A stretch of 63,867 nt of DNA from Octopus bimaculoides (Eukaryota): assembly GCF_001194135.2 (NCBI RefSeq), contig NC_068981.1:62342736-62406602 (forward strand), in the 5' to 3' direction. The notes under the pieces were generated by a model. It saw only the letters and a list, made by a program, of their open reading frames with translations. It searched no databases and was not told the origin of the DNA. Each line of letters begins with the position of its first letter. Position 1 is the stretch's first letter. Of the stretch, positions 12,844-27,429 are shown in pieces. The translations under genes were made by a program, and so were the position numbers.

Positions 12844-13964
12844 TCTACATATATATATATATATATATATATATACGCATATATGTATGTGTATGTATGT
12901 ATATACACTTACATATTCGTGTGTGTGTGTGTGAGTGTGTCTGTGTGTGTACATATATATATCAATTTGGGGTCATGCTCTCAATTAAAACGAAAAATTT
13001 CAGTCCACTTTTATTGTCATTTAATTTGATAAATATTTTCGAGCTAATTACATTGTCGAAGTTTTTTCGTCCGAATCTGTGACCTTCTCTTTATTAGCAT
13101 ATATACTTTGTTCTTTTTCCTTTATCAGAGTGAGGATGCTAAACTTTGCTCATAGCCTATAATTAACAATTAAATTTTATCTGCCTAGGAGTGTATGTAG
13201 GAGTTTTCAATCGTCGTGCTGATAGTTGCGCTTGTAGGCTTTTAATTTAAAGGTGAAACTGTGCGTGTAGCGTTTTGAGATGTGCTGACGAACTTTGGTC
13301 TTCAGTCATCGAATTTCATACTTCTGCCATAATATATCATTACACAGACAAATAGTTCCAAACGTGTGTCTATGCATGTATAAATGTGTCTATAAATGCT
13401 TACATTTATAAATATTTGCTTGTGTTTCTTATTGCTGCTACGTTGCGTTTGTTTTTTGTTTAGTGTTTTTTTTTTGTTTTTTCAATTTTCTGATGTCAAT
13501 ATTTTCCATTCATGCGCACCAGTACAACTTACTAGGGTAGGTGTCATCAAAATATTTATCCATATTCAACTTCTTGCATGCATATATATATATATTTGTT
13601 ATTTTTTTCTTGTTGTTATTTCTTCTTTTGGATTTACAATTTATTATATATATATATATATATGGGAGAATATACAAAAAATAACAACAGACGAGGACAG
13701 GTGGTGTAAATAACAAAAGTATATATTAGTATGACGCTCGGGAATACGGAAAGTCTTTGACTTTATATNNNNNNNNNNNNNNNNNNNNNNNNNNNNNNNN
13801 NNNNNNNNNNNNNNGCGTGTGTGTGTGTGTGTGCGCGAGCGTGTGTGTGCGTGTGTGTGTGCCTGTGTGAGTCTGTGTGTCTGTGTCTGTGTATGTATAT
13901 ATATATATATACTTACATATATTTATATATATATACATATATCTACCTATATGTATGTACAAGC

Positions 13965-14009
<45 letters not shown>

Positions 14010-14516
14010 TATACATATATATATATGTATATATACAACCATTTTTGCATGTATGTATATATATATTATAAAATATATGTATACGTATATGTACGTATAG
14101 GTGTATATATATATATAAATAAATATATCTATATACGTATATGTACGTATAAGTGTACATATATATATCAATATATATACAGTGAGAGAGAGACATAGAG
14201 AGAGAGTTAGAGAAAGAAGTCAGTCAGAATTTTGGTTGATTCTTTATTATCGTTTTCGTCTGTTTTTCGAACTCGTCAAGACAAAATCAAAATCAAAATG
14301 GCAAAAATAGAGCGTTTCGTCGTCCATTTATATCAATCCGATCTTGTTTTTGCTTTGTTTGAAAGCTTGAATATTTTTTTGCTTTTGGGTGGTTTGGAAA
14401 AAGGGTAGAGAAAGAAAAGCAAAGAGGGGAGAAATAGACAGAGAGAGAGAAAGAGTTCAAGATAATCAAGAAACAGGAGTAAAAATTATAAAGGCTGTAG
14501 AAAGGATAGATAGATC

Positions 14517-14583
<67 letters not shown>

Positions 14584-14769
14584 CGATAGATAGATAGATT
14601 GATGGCTCGAGAGACAGGCTGATAGAGACAGGGGGATCACTTTTCAATTTGATGTGGTCAATTCTTTGTAATTACATTACAAAGCACTTTTCTTTTTCTT
14701 TTCCTTTCTTTCTTTTTTATTTCCACTCTAATCATCGTGCACCAGAATTGTCTTTCTAGCAAATTTCAG

Positions 14770-15545
14770 GCCACTGAGTGCCGACAACCGGATATGCCAC
14801 CTTAGTACCTGCTGCTATTCTGCACCATCTGCACCAAGATCACCGCTACCAACCCACTCCAAGAGCAGGACCACCAATTACCAATTCACAACGTTTACCA
14901 ACCTCCAACGCCTACCAATCCTCAATGCTTGTTTTGCAATGTATTCTCACACACGCATGTGCGCGAATGCACTTCTGCACACGCATGCGTGTGCGCATGC
15001 ACACTGCTCTGCATGCGTACATGCATGTAAATATACATATGTACATATGAACGAATACGCATGTATGTATGTGTACGCGTGTGTGTATGTGTGTATGTGT
15101 GCGTATGCGCGTGTATGTGTATGCATGTGCGCGCGTGTGTTTTCCAAGCGTTTGTATGTGTTTGCAGACGTGCGCGTGCGCTCCCATGTACAGATCCGCA
15201 CATTTGCATCAATACACACATGGACGGAAAACAATATGTGCGCATCTGCACAACCACATACAGAACAATATACCTGCACATGCCGCCTTCCTACTTCCCC
15301 CAACAACCAGACCGATTTCCGAATCGCCACGCAGTCTATCTCCTATCCTCTACGTGGTCCATCTCCTGATCACCATCCTGATCCAAATAACTGTTACCCA
15401 TATACCAACATCACACCACGACACCGCGTGACCTTCCTCGACCAATCGCAGCACAACTTAAGGTAATAATAATTAACTTATGTCATTCAGATTCAAAATG
15501 GCTGACGACTAGTATCACGCTTGAAACTCAAGATTACCAACGAAT
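14770..15545 (+). mobile_element. C/A-rich PLE pLTR-like sequence split by a (CA/TG) tract, ending in a degenerate HHR (15499-15539)
   Basis: tgg CUGACGA cuaguaucacgcuu GAAAC ucaa gau uacca at 15499-15539; C-rich upstream flank similar in style to 36740-37000. Confidence 0.3.
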
Positions 15546-15626
15546 TTGACTCAAACTGTTTTAATCAATACATATAATTCCCAATACTTGTTTTTAAATC
15601 CCTACTTTCGTTTGCTCACTTACTCG

Positions 15627-15665
<39 letters not shown>

Positions 15666-16479
15666 ACACACACACACACATACTCACACACTCATAGTCA
15701 TACATACATCCATATGCATATGTCCTGATGTGTTTCTGATCTGTGGGCATTAAATCTGTAAAATCGTTAGTTCATCAGTAAAAGTGCTTTACTGTATGTG
15801 TTCGAACTAGCTATGTTTTGAATTCAAACCCTGCTGAGGTCATGTTTCCTTTCATCCATCTCTGATAGATAATTTACTGTATCCAAACATCCGAAACAAC
15901 TTAATGTACTGTTCTAATCGTTCGGTTAATCCACTTCTCATATTATTGTGCTCTGACTAGATTCGAAAAAAAAAATATTTAAGTCTCTTTCATAGTACCG
16001 GCGAGATCGTTGTTATTCTTTTCATAGTTACTCTTGTAGATGTAGGCTAGTTCCGACCTCACCTCTAGTATGCATACCTGTTAAAAAGAAAATTACTTGA
16101 TTTTTGTCTATTTTTTGACATGTTCGTAAAAAGATAACATTCATTTTATTTCCCGCGTGCAAACCTCAGTCTTGCCTAACTTCCGAACTATGCTTCGGAT
16201 ACATTTCAACCACCATAGTAGCCACAGAATTGAGGATTAATTTATGTACTTCTCTTCAAAACCTTGTGTTTCTTATCTAATAGCATTTTACAATTTAACT
16301 CATTTCAATACAACGTATGTAATATTACTTATCAACAAGGCCAGTAAAAGTATAACAGGTATTGCACGAGATCAATAAAATCTGCGCTGCAAAAGAGCCG
16401 TGAAATGAGAACAAAATCAAATGTCTTTTGAAGCGAAGTCATTAAAAAAGTTACATTGCAAGGCTAGTTCACTTCCTCT

Positions 16480-16860
16480 GTGATGACGACGCCACTGTTG
16501 CATCTGAAGAGGATTTGAAAACCCGCATACTAAGGAGGAACATCCTGTTAAGTCATGAAGAATTACAGCACTGTGCAGCGTATCATCCAAATGATTAACT
16601 GCAGCAATTTTTTTGTCCTGTTACAGTTGCTACGACCATCTCTCATGGCAAGCACTCAGAAGCCTTTTGGCGATGAGACTTTTATTAAATAGCAAGAAAA
16701 CATATTAGCATGGTGCTGTAAGGGTCTACTTCGTGGAGATTTGCCAAACCATTGGATTGTACGGGAACGTTTGGTAGAATACGCTCCACGTTCACTGCAC
16801 TTCACACCAAATGACGATTTTATGAGGTGAAGTTTACAGTACAAAACCGGTAGCAGTCAA
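16480..16860 (+). mobile_element. RTE-type LINE RT remnant, highly decayed
   Basis: FLCDDDATVASEEDLK resembles RTE LFADDxALxAxSEEDLQ; downstream ETLLNSKKTY resembles TLLYGSETW. Confidence 0.33.
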
Positions 16861-17100
16861 AGAATTGAGGGGAGCCAGTTAGTGAGAATATGCACAACTA
16901 CGGGGTGAAGTGTCTCTTAGCGATTTCATTGTTTCACTTTGTCAGCCTGAAAGTCTATCTATTTGAAAACAAGCATTAATTAAAAAAACATTCCGCTTCT
17001 AGATTCTATTAGGTATAAAAAATTAAATGTAGATTAATAAACAATGAGTTTATGATAATTTACTGTGTGTATAACTTTTTAGAATACACCGTAAGCATAA

Positions 17101-17143
<43 letters not shown>

Positions 17144-17214
17144 TGTCTGTCTCTCTGTCTATCTGTTTGTGTCTCTGTGTGTGTGTATATTTACACATAC
17201 ATATATACATACGT

Positions 17215-17290
<76 letters not shown>

Positions 17291-19149
17291 AGATACAGTC
17301 ATGCATACACGCACATAGTTTCTTCGTAGATGTTTGTATGCAAGTATTGATTTTCATAATATTTACTGATTCACTAAAGTACAGATAAGAAATGTATTTT
17401 CGTGTGGCCGCAAATTTGAACTGCAATGAGTCACTTATAAACATCCATTTATGCTCTGCCATAATCCTTTGTGTTAACTGACCAAGTAAATGTTTCCGGG
17501 AAATTCTTATATTTCGTCGCGAATATTCAATATCATTGTGCAACAAAATTACTTAGAAATTGATGTATGATACTGTTTCCTGGTGATGGCGTTAGAATCG
17601 ATTACATTAGAAAAATTGTTCCTGCAAACAAGATAAATATCCAAAGATGAGAATGGCCTGAACATGTCATTAAATAACAAGCAGCTATTAATAAGAACCC
17701 AACCAATTACTATGATAAATTAATCAATGTAAAGAGATCGAATAATGGTCGTCCAGTGTTAGTTACATTAATCCGAAAGAATGTAATGGTTACAATATAT
17801 AAAGAAGACACGTGAATGTTCCCAGGACTTGAAAACTCTACAGGCATTGCTTAATGTATGAGACATGTGAGATCTATGCTATTAACTCTTCTTTCTCATG
17901 ACTAATTACACAAAGTGAATATGCGTTGAGGAAATGCCAGAAGACCAACTATCTTAGGAGGGAGAGCTTGCCTTAATAATTAGATCAGGGAATTGGAATG
18001 TTCAGTGTGACGAAATAAGCAATAAATGAGTGGAGGATATTTATGAGGGTGAGAAATTAATACATTGTGAATGTTTGAGTAGAGATGTCACGGGACTAAC
18101 CAACTTTGTAGAGAAGAGGCTGTTCTTAGAGCACTATAAAAGAAAATGGAAGATACAACACGTCTGTGGCAAGGAGATTGCACTGCGCTATAGGGAGTGA
18201 TTTTCAATTCAAAACATTCGAGATCTTTCTTTGTGGATACGATCATGGATACATGAATGTCAACAACGTGAAAGTAGTAATCTAGTTGAATCTCGTTTTA
18301 GTTTTGTCGTTAGTTCGTGCATGAATTATTTTGTATTTATTTAAGAAATGTTAGGCCACATTTACGATACAGTTTTAGCTAAGGTAAACATCTTTGTTTG
18401 TCAGAAGAGATTACCAGTAATATTGACGAGAGGTCTAACATTTGAAGAGAATGCGTGGAGGGGGGCATGTTATTTGCTGCTCTTGTTTTGGGACGGTGGG
18501 TTGATCTCTTGTTTTAAGAACTGATTTTTTACAGTAGTAGGTAACAATTTGGACATGATCCCTTCGAGGAAAATTTAGAGGTACGTGTCCATGCAGCCAG
18601 TTCAATTCCACCTGGGTGTCTAAAATATATATGGATAATTCTTAAGTTTAGAAAATGAGTAAAGCTGAAATGCTAGTATCATAAATATAGGATTGAACGT
18701 TCTCAGAAATAATAGCAAGTAAGTCGCTGTATAACATAGACTGTGTGGAATACAAAACTGAACTAGGTGTCAACAATGTTTCATAGAGCTTGACCAGGGT
18801 GACCACCATATGTACTAGTTGAAATAGTACGAGCTGCGTGGAAACCTACTTTCGATGATACATAAGGAGGCATAGCACGCATCGTTGTGTTCTGAAGCTT
18901 CTCGTACCAATCAAATGCGAAAATGTGACGAATTTCAAGGGAATAACACTAATTGTTTTCATTAAATGTTTAGAATGCCTGATCTTAAAAGTAATTGACA
19001 TAGGCGAGTAAGTCTATAGTAGTATAAAACATATGTGTTCCTAAAGGATTTAGTGAAATTCGAGGCGTTGGCTGAGATTGCTATTAATGGATGTCAGCAT
19101 CACGTATGAGATAGTGAAATTGAGTGCGATAAGATGTTTGTACGTCCAA

Positions 19150-19285
19150 TAGGGAGTGAATGAGTGAGTGAACAAACGAGTGAACGAACGAGCGATCGAG
19201 CGAATGAACGAGCGAGCAAACGAGCGGCCGACCGACCAACCGACCCAACTACCAACGGACCGACCGACCGACCGACGGACAGATT
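19150..19285. repeat. Compound tetranucleotide repeat with drifting unit GAGT>GAAC>GAGC>GACC
   Basis: Read directly: gagtgagtgaacaaacgagtgaacgaacgagcgatcgagcg..ggccgaccgacc..gaccgaccgaccgacggac. Confidence 0.8.
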
Positions 19286-20460
19286 TAGCTTGCTGGAGAG
19301 ATATATACAGCCGAAGAGAAAGCAAACGATAAAGACTGAAGTGGGCCTTTTTTCTTCGATAGCAGTTTCCAAGGAGGATTAGCTTTCGATTTTTCCAATG
19401 CGCGAAGTCCTATACAACAATATTGCCATTAATGTTCATTGTTTAATCATCATGTTAAAATCTTCTATGGAGTTCGCCTTTCATTGCCAAATCAAATAAA
19501 ATTATGCAGATTGTAATCGTGCAATTAACCTAAGGTGTTTAAATAAATTACTTTTGTTAATAGCTTTCGTCTCTTTCCATCTTTTTAGAGATAAAAATAC
19601 ACGTTATCGTTCATAGTACGAAACATTTAATATCTCATTTATGTTTCATTTACAAACACGTCGGCCGAGTTCACGACCTACTTTCTCTTCTGTGCATTAT
19701 GCACCTCAGTTCTCGTGTGCTAGTAATTTCTGAATATTATGAATCTTTTCTATATGCTTTTATTTGAAAATCAATATTCTAATTTTGCATATGTAAAGGA
19801 GAAAATTGGCAAATACAGCGTATTTAATTTAACATCTATATTTCTTTAGCAAGTAATCTAAATATGGAGATTGGCGCTTTATACTGAACTGATTTATTCC
19901 TAATCCGTCGAATCGCGATATCATTGTAATTTTTTATGATGGTAAATGATCAAGGAATAATACTGCACTTCATATTTAGCCTTTTATACAAATGTCACTT
20001 TCCATAGAGGTCCTTGCTACCTATTCACAATTCTGTGAAATTAGAGATAACGATAATGGATTAATTAATATTATTACTTATGTATGATTGGGGTGAATTT
20101 TAAGAATGTGAAAAAGAGGATAAAAAGAAACTTTAGTGCTAAAACCATATAATTGCAATACGACTGTCTTTACCGACACAACAACCCAACCTCTACACAT
20201 GTCCATAATCGAAACGGGATTCACAACAGACAAGTACCCAACAGACTGAAATGTGCCCAGAAGATTCACAGAGTACGGAGAGTTTAAAAGCTCTATATTA
20301 ATTTTCATATATTTTACATCAGTGCGTCACCAACGAATGACTGAAATTCACAGCACAAGATGACATCAAACGACTCCACAACACTGAAGAAATCACTTGC
20401 AATGAGTATTGAAATAGTCCTAATTAGGATGATTGTAACCCTTGTTCACAGGTATATGTG

Positions 20461-20810
20461 AAGGCGCATAACTCAGTGCTTAGAGCGTCAGTATCACAAT
20501 CATGAGGTAGTGAGTTAGATTCCCAGACGGAGCCGTGTGCTGTGTTCTTCAGTAAGACACTTTATTTCACGTTACTCCAGTTCACTCTGCTGTAGAAATG
20601 AGTTGCGATGTCACTGGTGCTAAGCTGTATCGACCTTTGCTTTTCCGTTAGATAATATCAGTGGCATGAAGAGGGGAGGCTGGTATGCAAAAGTGACTGC
20701 TGGCCTCCCACAAACAACCTTGCCCGAACTTGTTCCTCGGAGGGGAACTTTCTAGTTGCAATCCTATGGTCATTCAATACCGAAGGGATCTTCACCTTTC
20801 TCATTGGTAT
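20461..20810 (+). mobile_element. tRNA-headed SINE family D
   Basis: Head ggcgcataactcagtgcttagagcg (A box) ..gagttagattccc (B box), then tgtgttcttcagtaagacactt, a core-domain-like segment. Confidence 0.65.
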
Positions 20811-21653
20811 ATGTTGCGGAATGACTTCAAGAATACAGGTGTGTGTATGCTGTCTGTGTTGCTTTGTGCTTCCATGTGTACGTGTGTTTATTGTGTGTGA
20901 GTGGGTATGTATATAAATTAACACCCATGCTTCAATGTATGTTATTGCAAGAAACACTCCTACGCAAGACACAGGTTACATCATATCCATTGAGTAACAA
21001 TTGATGCTGTTTAACTTATTCATTCATATTAACCTCCAATCTATTTACTTCTCAATCTTACAACGTTATTGTAATATATATGGGATATAGTATAATGATA
21101 TGTCAATATTGCTTAAAATCTCATTTCCTTATTGAGTATATGAACTATTTGGATTATAACATCAAAAACAATTGGCAAGTGTGAAGTCATCGACCAATAA
21201 TTTTCAGCCGAAGACTTATATTACACTGGAATAGAATTTAGACATCGAGAAGAGATTTATCCATAAAAAGCAATGTTCTTCTAACAGAAATTTATTTAAA
21301 AGCAATTTCCTATTTTTATATGCATTCACAATCAGTTTCCTATATTTACGTAGCAACATATATTTTTAAATGACACTGAACACCAGGCAAATTCGTATGA
21401 TCGACACTGTATTGTCAACATCACCAACATTTGAGGAAGTAGCTTATTTTCTTTTTCTCGCTTGTTCCTGTTTTACAAAAGCAAATTCTTTCTGTGTAGA
21501 TACGTATTATTCGGAATTAAATTCCTTCAAGTTATTTGAAAATGTCGCGTAGTGTAGGAACTTTTCGTGAAAAGAATGTCTCCCTTGGGCAAATATCAGA
21601 TATCTATGAGAAAAACTGTGACATGTAAGATGCACATATCATANNNNNNNNNN

Positions 21654-21685
<32 letters not shown>

Positions 21686-22783
21686 GTTGGGTGCATTTGT
21701 GTTTGCGTGTATGGGCGTGTGTGTGTCTGTGTGCGTCTCTCTGTGTGTCTATGTGTTTGCGTATGTTGTAGTGTATGAATGTATATGTGTATATTTAAAC
21801 AAAAAATCAATTAATAGTTGAACAAGTATTACTGTTATGTGTTGTATCATAATGTCTTCCTGCAGCTATAGCAACAATATGCTACTATATGTACATAGGT
21901 TACATTATGTTTTTTTTTTAATGCTAGTTTCATATTTACTGAGGCAGAAAATATCTGAACTATAAACGTTTTTGTTTTGCCTCTTAATGAAATTACATTT
22001 AAAATGCTTTATAGTCGTAGGCCACTTGCTTTTAAAGCATCTTATCATTCTCAATCACCACTTGACTTGGAAACAAACATTGATTTAATTTATACAAACA
22101 ATGATATTTGATTGCGTGCAATATTTATTTTCATTCTAAAAGTATGAAATGCACTTAAGTGGAAGAAAGTAAGTGGTGTCTAAATTTTTCCAGTTAATAA
22201 ATAATAAAATACAAATGTGAGCTTCCAAGGAGCCAATTTTGCGATAGATTTTCGATTCCCAGTTGAGGAAATTTTTCTTTCTTTACATTGTTATTTTCCA
22301 TGAAAACTTTATGAATGTCGCAACACGTTTTTAACCATGATGGAGCAACTATACACTTAAGTTGGGACGATCAACCAGAATTTCATCATAAATCTATCCT
22401 TATATGTAACTCAGGTCTAAACACGAAAACATAAAATCGAATACATATGACCATTACTTAACATCGATTGCTAAGATATAACAGTCTATGATATTTTTGC
22501 TGGAGGGATAACACAGAGGCAACAAAATAATATAAGACATTTAATTGTTTTGGATTTTCTTCAGCGTTCTTATCAGAAATATTTGTACGGAACATTGATA
22601 GGATTTTGAATAGCGTTAAAAATATGAGCTAAATCGTCTCCTTAATATAATGTGGAGAGAATGTATGTTTTTTTTTAACAAAGTAGAACGAAGCTAAGAA
22701 AGTCTACCTCTATTGAGGCCCGTTGTAACTAAAGAAATATGGATGTAATTTGTAAATATAATTCTTTATTTAAGAGATGAGGA

Positions 22784-22960
22784 ATTATGTACATTATTTA
22801 CATTAGACTGATATTTGTCCTCATCTTGTTCGTTGTTAAAACGGCGTTTCGGCTGATATGCCCTCCAAACTTTATCAGGTGTCTTGGGGAAATTTCGAAC
22901 TTGGGTTCTCATTACTACAGTATTTTTCGATGTTATTATTATTATGATTATTATTATTAT

Positions 22961-22995
<35 letters not shown>

Positions 22996-23180
22996 TTGTT
23001 ATTCAGGTCACTGCCTGGAATCGAACTCGAGATATTGGGGTTAGTAGCCTCCGCTCTTATCCACAACGCCATATGCCCCAAGACACCTGATGAAGGCTGG
23101 AGGATATATCAGCTGAAATGCTGTGTTAACAAGAAAGAAGATAAGTACAAATATCTGTCAAATGTAAATGATGTAAATAA
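22784..23180 (-). mobile_element. tRNA-like head + (ACT/AAT)n spacer + HHR-bearing pLTR-like tail, with inverted copy of the tail at the 5' junction
   Basis: Minus head 23079-23006 has A box TGGCGTTGTGG and B box GAGTTCGATTCC. Arms 22784-22889 and 23076-23180 are inverted copies. Each arm holds gacac CUGAU(A/G)A a GG(C/U)UG-type helix II, GAAA and a mutated helix III. Confidence 0.7.
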
Positions 23181-23533
23181 TGAAAGTAATTTGAAGTTTT
23201 GATTTCCACAAACCATTTCTGCACTGGTAATTTCAAAGCATTTATGGAATTATTTTTTAAATTTTACTGAGTGTTATTTTCTTTAATGTTCTATGACGAA
23301 ATTTCAGAGAAATAACAAATATTAAATAAACTTACTTCCAAATAGTCGCCCGCATTCTATCCATTCTTCAAAAGTGAGGTGAAAGTAACCACAACCGCTT
23401 CCCTGTTCACATAATGTCGTGGTACAATTTGATTCTACCTATAATTTGAAATATCAGTAGTATTTTAATGCACAGTTTGAATATATATTTATTCAAAAGT
23501 TTATTGTTACGATGCTAATATTTCATATATTAA

Positions 23534-23670
23534 GACGGCGAGCCGGCACAAACGTTAGCGCACCGGGCAAACTGCTTAGAAAGTAGCAGTTAAACACCGG
23601 GGTCGATTTAAGTGATTTATCCTTCCCTCAAAATTATTGGCCGTGTCCCATAATTTGAAACCGATATTTG
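23534..23670 (+). mobile_element. SINE family B, internally deleted
   Basis: gacggcgagccggcacaaacgttagcgcaccgggcaaactgcttag..caccggggtcgat matches the head and 3' part of 30720 and 47937. Confidence 0.55.
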
Positions 23671-26567
23671 ATACACTCTCCTGGTTGGTGATAACTTAAA
23701 CATTACGAGCTGTAACATCACTTCTCGATCGCTGAATGGTTTTAGCTGTTTTATCTCATACACATCAATTCCAGTCTGGCTACCGGTTCCCTCTTCACTC
23801 ACGGTTCATATACAGTTATTGAGATTAGGCATCCAACCAAGGTAGCAGCCATTTATATTTCAATAGTCTAAAAGCGACTTTCTATATGATGGAGCTGACA
23901 TTCCTCTTTTTACTAAGAGTAAAAATACATTTATACCCTTCGCACAGATAAAGCAATAGCATAATATATAATGTGATACATGATTTCATTTAACATTTCC
24001 TTATGTTCAATGTGATGCACTATAAATAATTGAGGCAAAGCCTCATTAAAATATGTGTGCTGTATCAAAGGATGCTTAACTTCTAAATAGTCCAGTCCAT
24101 TTAAAATAGAAAGAAACCGACTTGCAAGCTTTGCTGGTACAATACCAAGGAGGTATTTTCCTTCAGATTGCAGTGATAGATTTGAGTGTTACTATTAGTA
24201 TGACATCCCAACAAATAGGCGAAGCCAAAGTGTTTTGCTCTCAATACTCCCCCATGACGGAACTTACCATGCTAATTTCCCTTACAGTGGATTCTTATAC
24301 AACACAAATTTTGACGTATTTATTCGAGGAGAAATATTCAACTCCGCATAATAACAGTCAATTTGGTACCATCATACTCGAAGTAGTGAACCAAGAATTG
24401 GAAAAATTACACCACTATTGATGAGAAAAACAGAAACGTATATGAAGTAGTAAATCTGATCAAGGACGACGTGAAAGAAAGACCCGTGAATATAAAATTA
24501 ATTAAACACAGTGGAGAATGAACCTAGCAATAATTCGACATCTGTGTACTTGATTTTCACTTACTACAATCTACCACCGAGTCACTGAGTATTTCCTTCT
24601 GAACTGGATTTGGTTGGAATTCTCCGCACTATTTTCACCTCAACTCACATAGCAACACCTTAAAATGTATAGAAAATTATCATTTATCATTTCTACATTT
24701 TCAGCTTTTTTTTTTCTAAAGAATTTGCTTTATGTACTGGCAATAAATGTAAATATTAGATTATATTTTCGATGTCTTTAAGGCTAAAATCAGAAGGATA
24801 CTGGCGTGCTAATATTTTCACTTTCGTTTTCCTAACTTTGATTCAAATCTTGCAGGATATTTCTACACTTAACGACATTGTAATACACAGTTATACCTGT
24901 AATGACACTATAAAATAGGAAATAGATTTTTTAAACTATGCCATTCCTTCGAAATCCTCGTAGGTAAGCCATTTTCATCAGATTGGCAACATGCGTTGGA
25001 CCATCGTTGGAACCTGTCAAGCCACAATTCATAGGAGAATTTAGTTTTCATTTCGAAATCTTTCTCTTTATTTCAAACGATTCTACAGCTGTCTTGCATC
25101 TTCATCAAATTTTCAAACAAACGTTCAGTGTTAAATGCGTCCATATGCAATTTGACATTTCTAGTTTTATTATCCTCACTCAAAAATATTTATTGGAGTT
25201 AATTCCTTATGATTTAGAGCGATTGAGGTACTACTCGCTTGAATAACCTCTATTGAGTGCCAACGCTGTGTAATTAAGCCTCAACAATAATACCAACAAT
25301 GAGACACAAACAAAGCAATAAAGATATACTAATGCTTCATTTATTTTATAGATTTTCATGTTTGTTAAATTTTAAAGATTTTGCTAAACTTTAAAGATCT
25401 GGTAAGATGAGATGCAAAAGACTTGATGCTTTCAAGTTTGAGTCTACAATAATTATAAGAATATGTTTTGGACAACTGGATTTACTACTAAAAGAACGTC
25501 TATGATGACTAAGAATAATCCATTGCGTCTATCACCGGATTAATCTAAAGGTTCACAAAGAAATAAACCATCTTCCACAGCCCTCAAAATGACAACAATC
25601 TCTATCATACTCATCATGCATTGCCTTATCTTACTACTTAGAGTGAAACTATTACCTCTAATAAGGTGGAAAACTGAATATTAAACGAAAGACCTTTGCA
25701 GATTCTCTACAAGCTAGAGTGCTTTTCTTATTTTATTTTTATTTTTGTTTGAAGCTAATCACTACAAATATCGGCAAAAGAAGTTTCTTCATTAATGTTA
25801 TCCCAAGAAAACATTTAAGGTACAGCCGCGAAATACTTCAAGGAATATTGGCTATAGATTAAAATTCCTGTAATCCGATAAGTATTTTGATATGTAAAGT
25901 CTTCCATGTGAAGCTTTGTGTGAAACCCCAAGTCATGATTATATAAACTTTATTTAGAAGCACAAACATTGAAGAAGAACGTTTGAAATTGTTCTAAAAT
26001 ACTTTATTCAAGAAATGTATATTTGTAAGGTATTCGGCGTCTTACATTTTTAGTCAACTCCAGTGAAAATAATTCCCTTCACACGCACATACACACATAT
26101 GTTCTTTCTTGATGTGCCTACAAGACTTGTTCACTCCTTTTCTATTTTTGTTGTTGTTAGTTCTTGTCGTCGTCGTAGGATGGGATTAAATATGGTTCGG
26201 CGCATGGGAAAGGTACTGCTGTTGAGGTTATAATATTCTGAAACCTTTCTGACCCATCTGAATCAATAAATTTAATTTACTGTCCGTAATACGTTTCATT
26301 TCTCTACTACTTTTTATCTAACTTTCTCTATCTCGGTCTCTCTATATGTACTCATACATATTCATGTATGTGTGTATTTGTAAATGTATGAAAATATGTA
26401 CGTATATCACGACTACATATATATATATATATATATATACATACAATTCTGTAAATAATAATAAGGGTGTTTATAAGCTCAAAGCTTATAGCGACGAACA
26501 TATGGGAAATTATTTAAAACTCGACACCGCTTAAGAACACCATTCGCACTGAACGCATGTATATATT

Positions 26568-26625
<58 letters not shown>

Positions 26626-27429
26626 CTTACATACATACATATTTATACATGTAAACACATATACACACACACGCACATATATATATATATACATGCATCT
26701 ATATATAATTTATTGATATAAATTTTGTGTGTATATCGGCGTACATTTGTATTGCTGTGTTTGCACATATGTATCAATATGTGTAGTAATCTGATTATGT
26801 GCGCATTTATGCTCAGCTTTCCTTGGGAATGTCACACCTGAGTTATCGAGAGATTTGTTGACAAGGAATAAGGATTTATCAATGTTTTTTTTAGCAATGC
26901 TTCAGCGTTCAGATATAGATAAGGTAAGATACATTGCATAATCAAGCGATGACGTCAACATAGCTGTAAACGGACACCCTACGTTCAGAATTGCCAAATG
27001 ACTGATGTTGCGTTAGTTGTTGTCGATGTTCTGGCTACTTTAATCTTCACTTGGGATTTCAAATATGTCGACCTCAAAATTTTAAGGGAATTTATTACTA
27101 CGCTTTCAAATATGACCTTTGATTAATAAACTGCATTTGCGGTTTTACAGGATTTTATCTCTCCCTAACCACTCTCTGCACCTTTCTCTAGATTTCTCAC
27201 TCCCTGCCTCTCTCCCTATGTATATATACATCCATAAATACACACACACACACACAGACATGCATTCACACATATATATATGTGTATGGTGCATTATATA
27301 TGATTGCATGTATACATGCATACATGCATAAATGGGAGCCTGTGTATGTCTGCATTATTGTTATATGCTTCTTTATAAAAACAAGGTTACCACATACGGA
27401 TTGACAGCATAAAGTAATAAATACCTTTA

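Noticed and set aside
16506-16525. CTGAAGA..GAAAAC HHR-like boxes
   Set aside because: No helices form; it is the SEEDLK coding stretch of an RTE remnant.
17750-18450. Possible very old LINE RT remnant (IYKEDT..GIA); similar weak CR1-like 3' signal at 33050-33500 (-)
   Set aside because: Similarity is too fragmentary to support by eye.
23006-23079. tRNA gene call for this and other tRNA-like heads (20461, 37221, 57326, 58743)
   Set aside because: The acceptor stems are imperfect and each continues into a repeat body, so they are SINE-type heads rather than tRNA genes.
24122-24421. 99-aa ORF with a strong acceptor (ctaatttcccttacag) at 24287
   Set aside because: No recognisable motif and no linked upstream exon; it cannot be supported as a gene.
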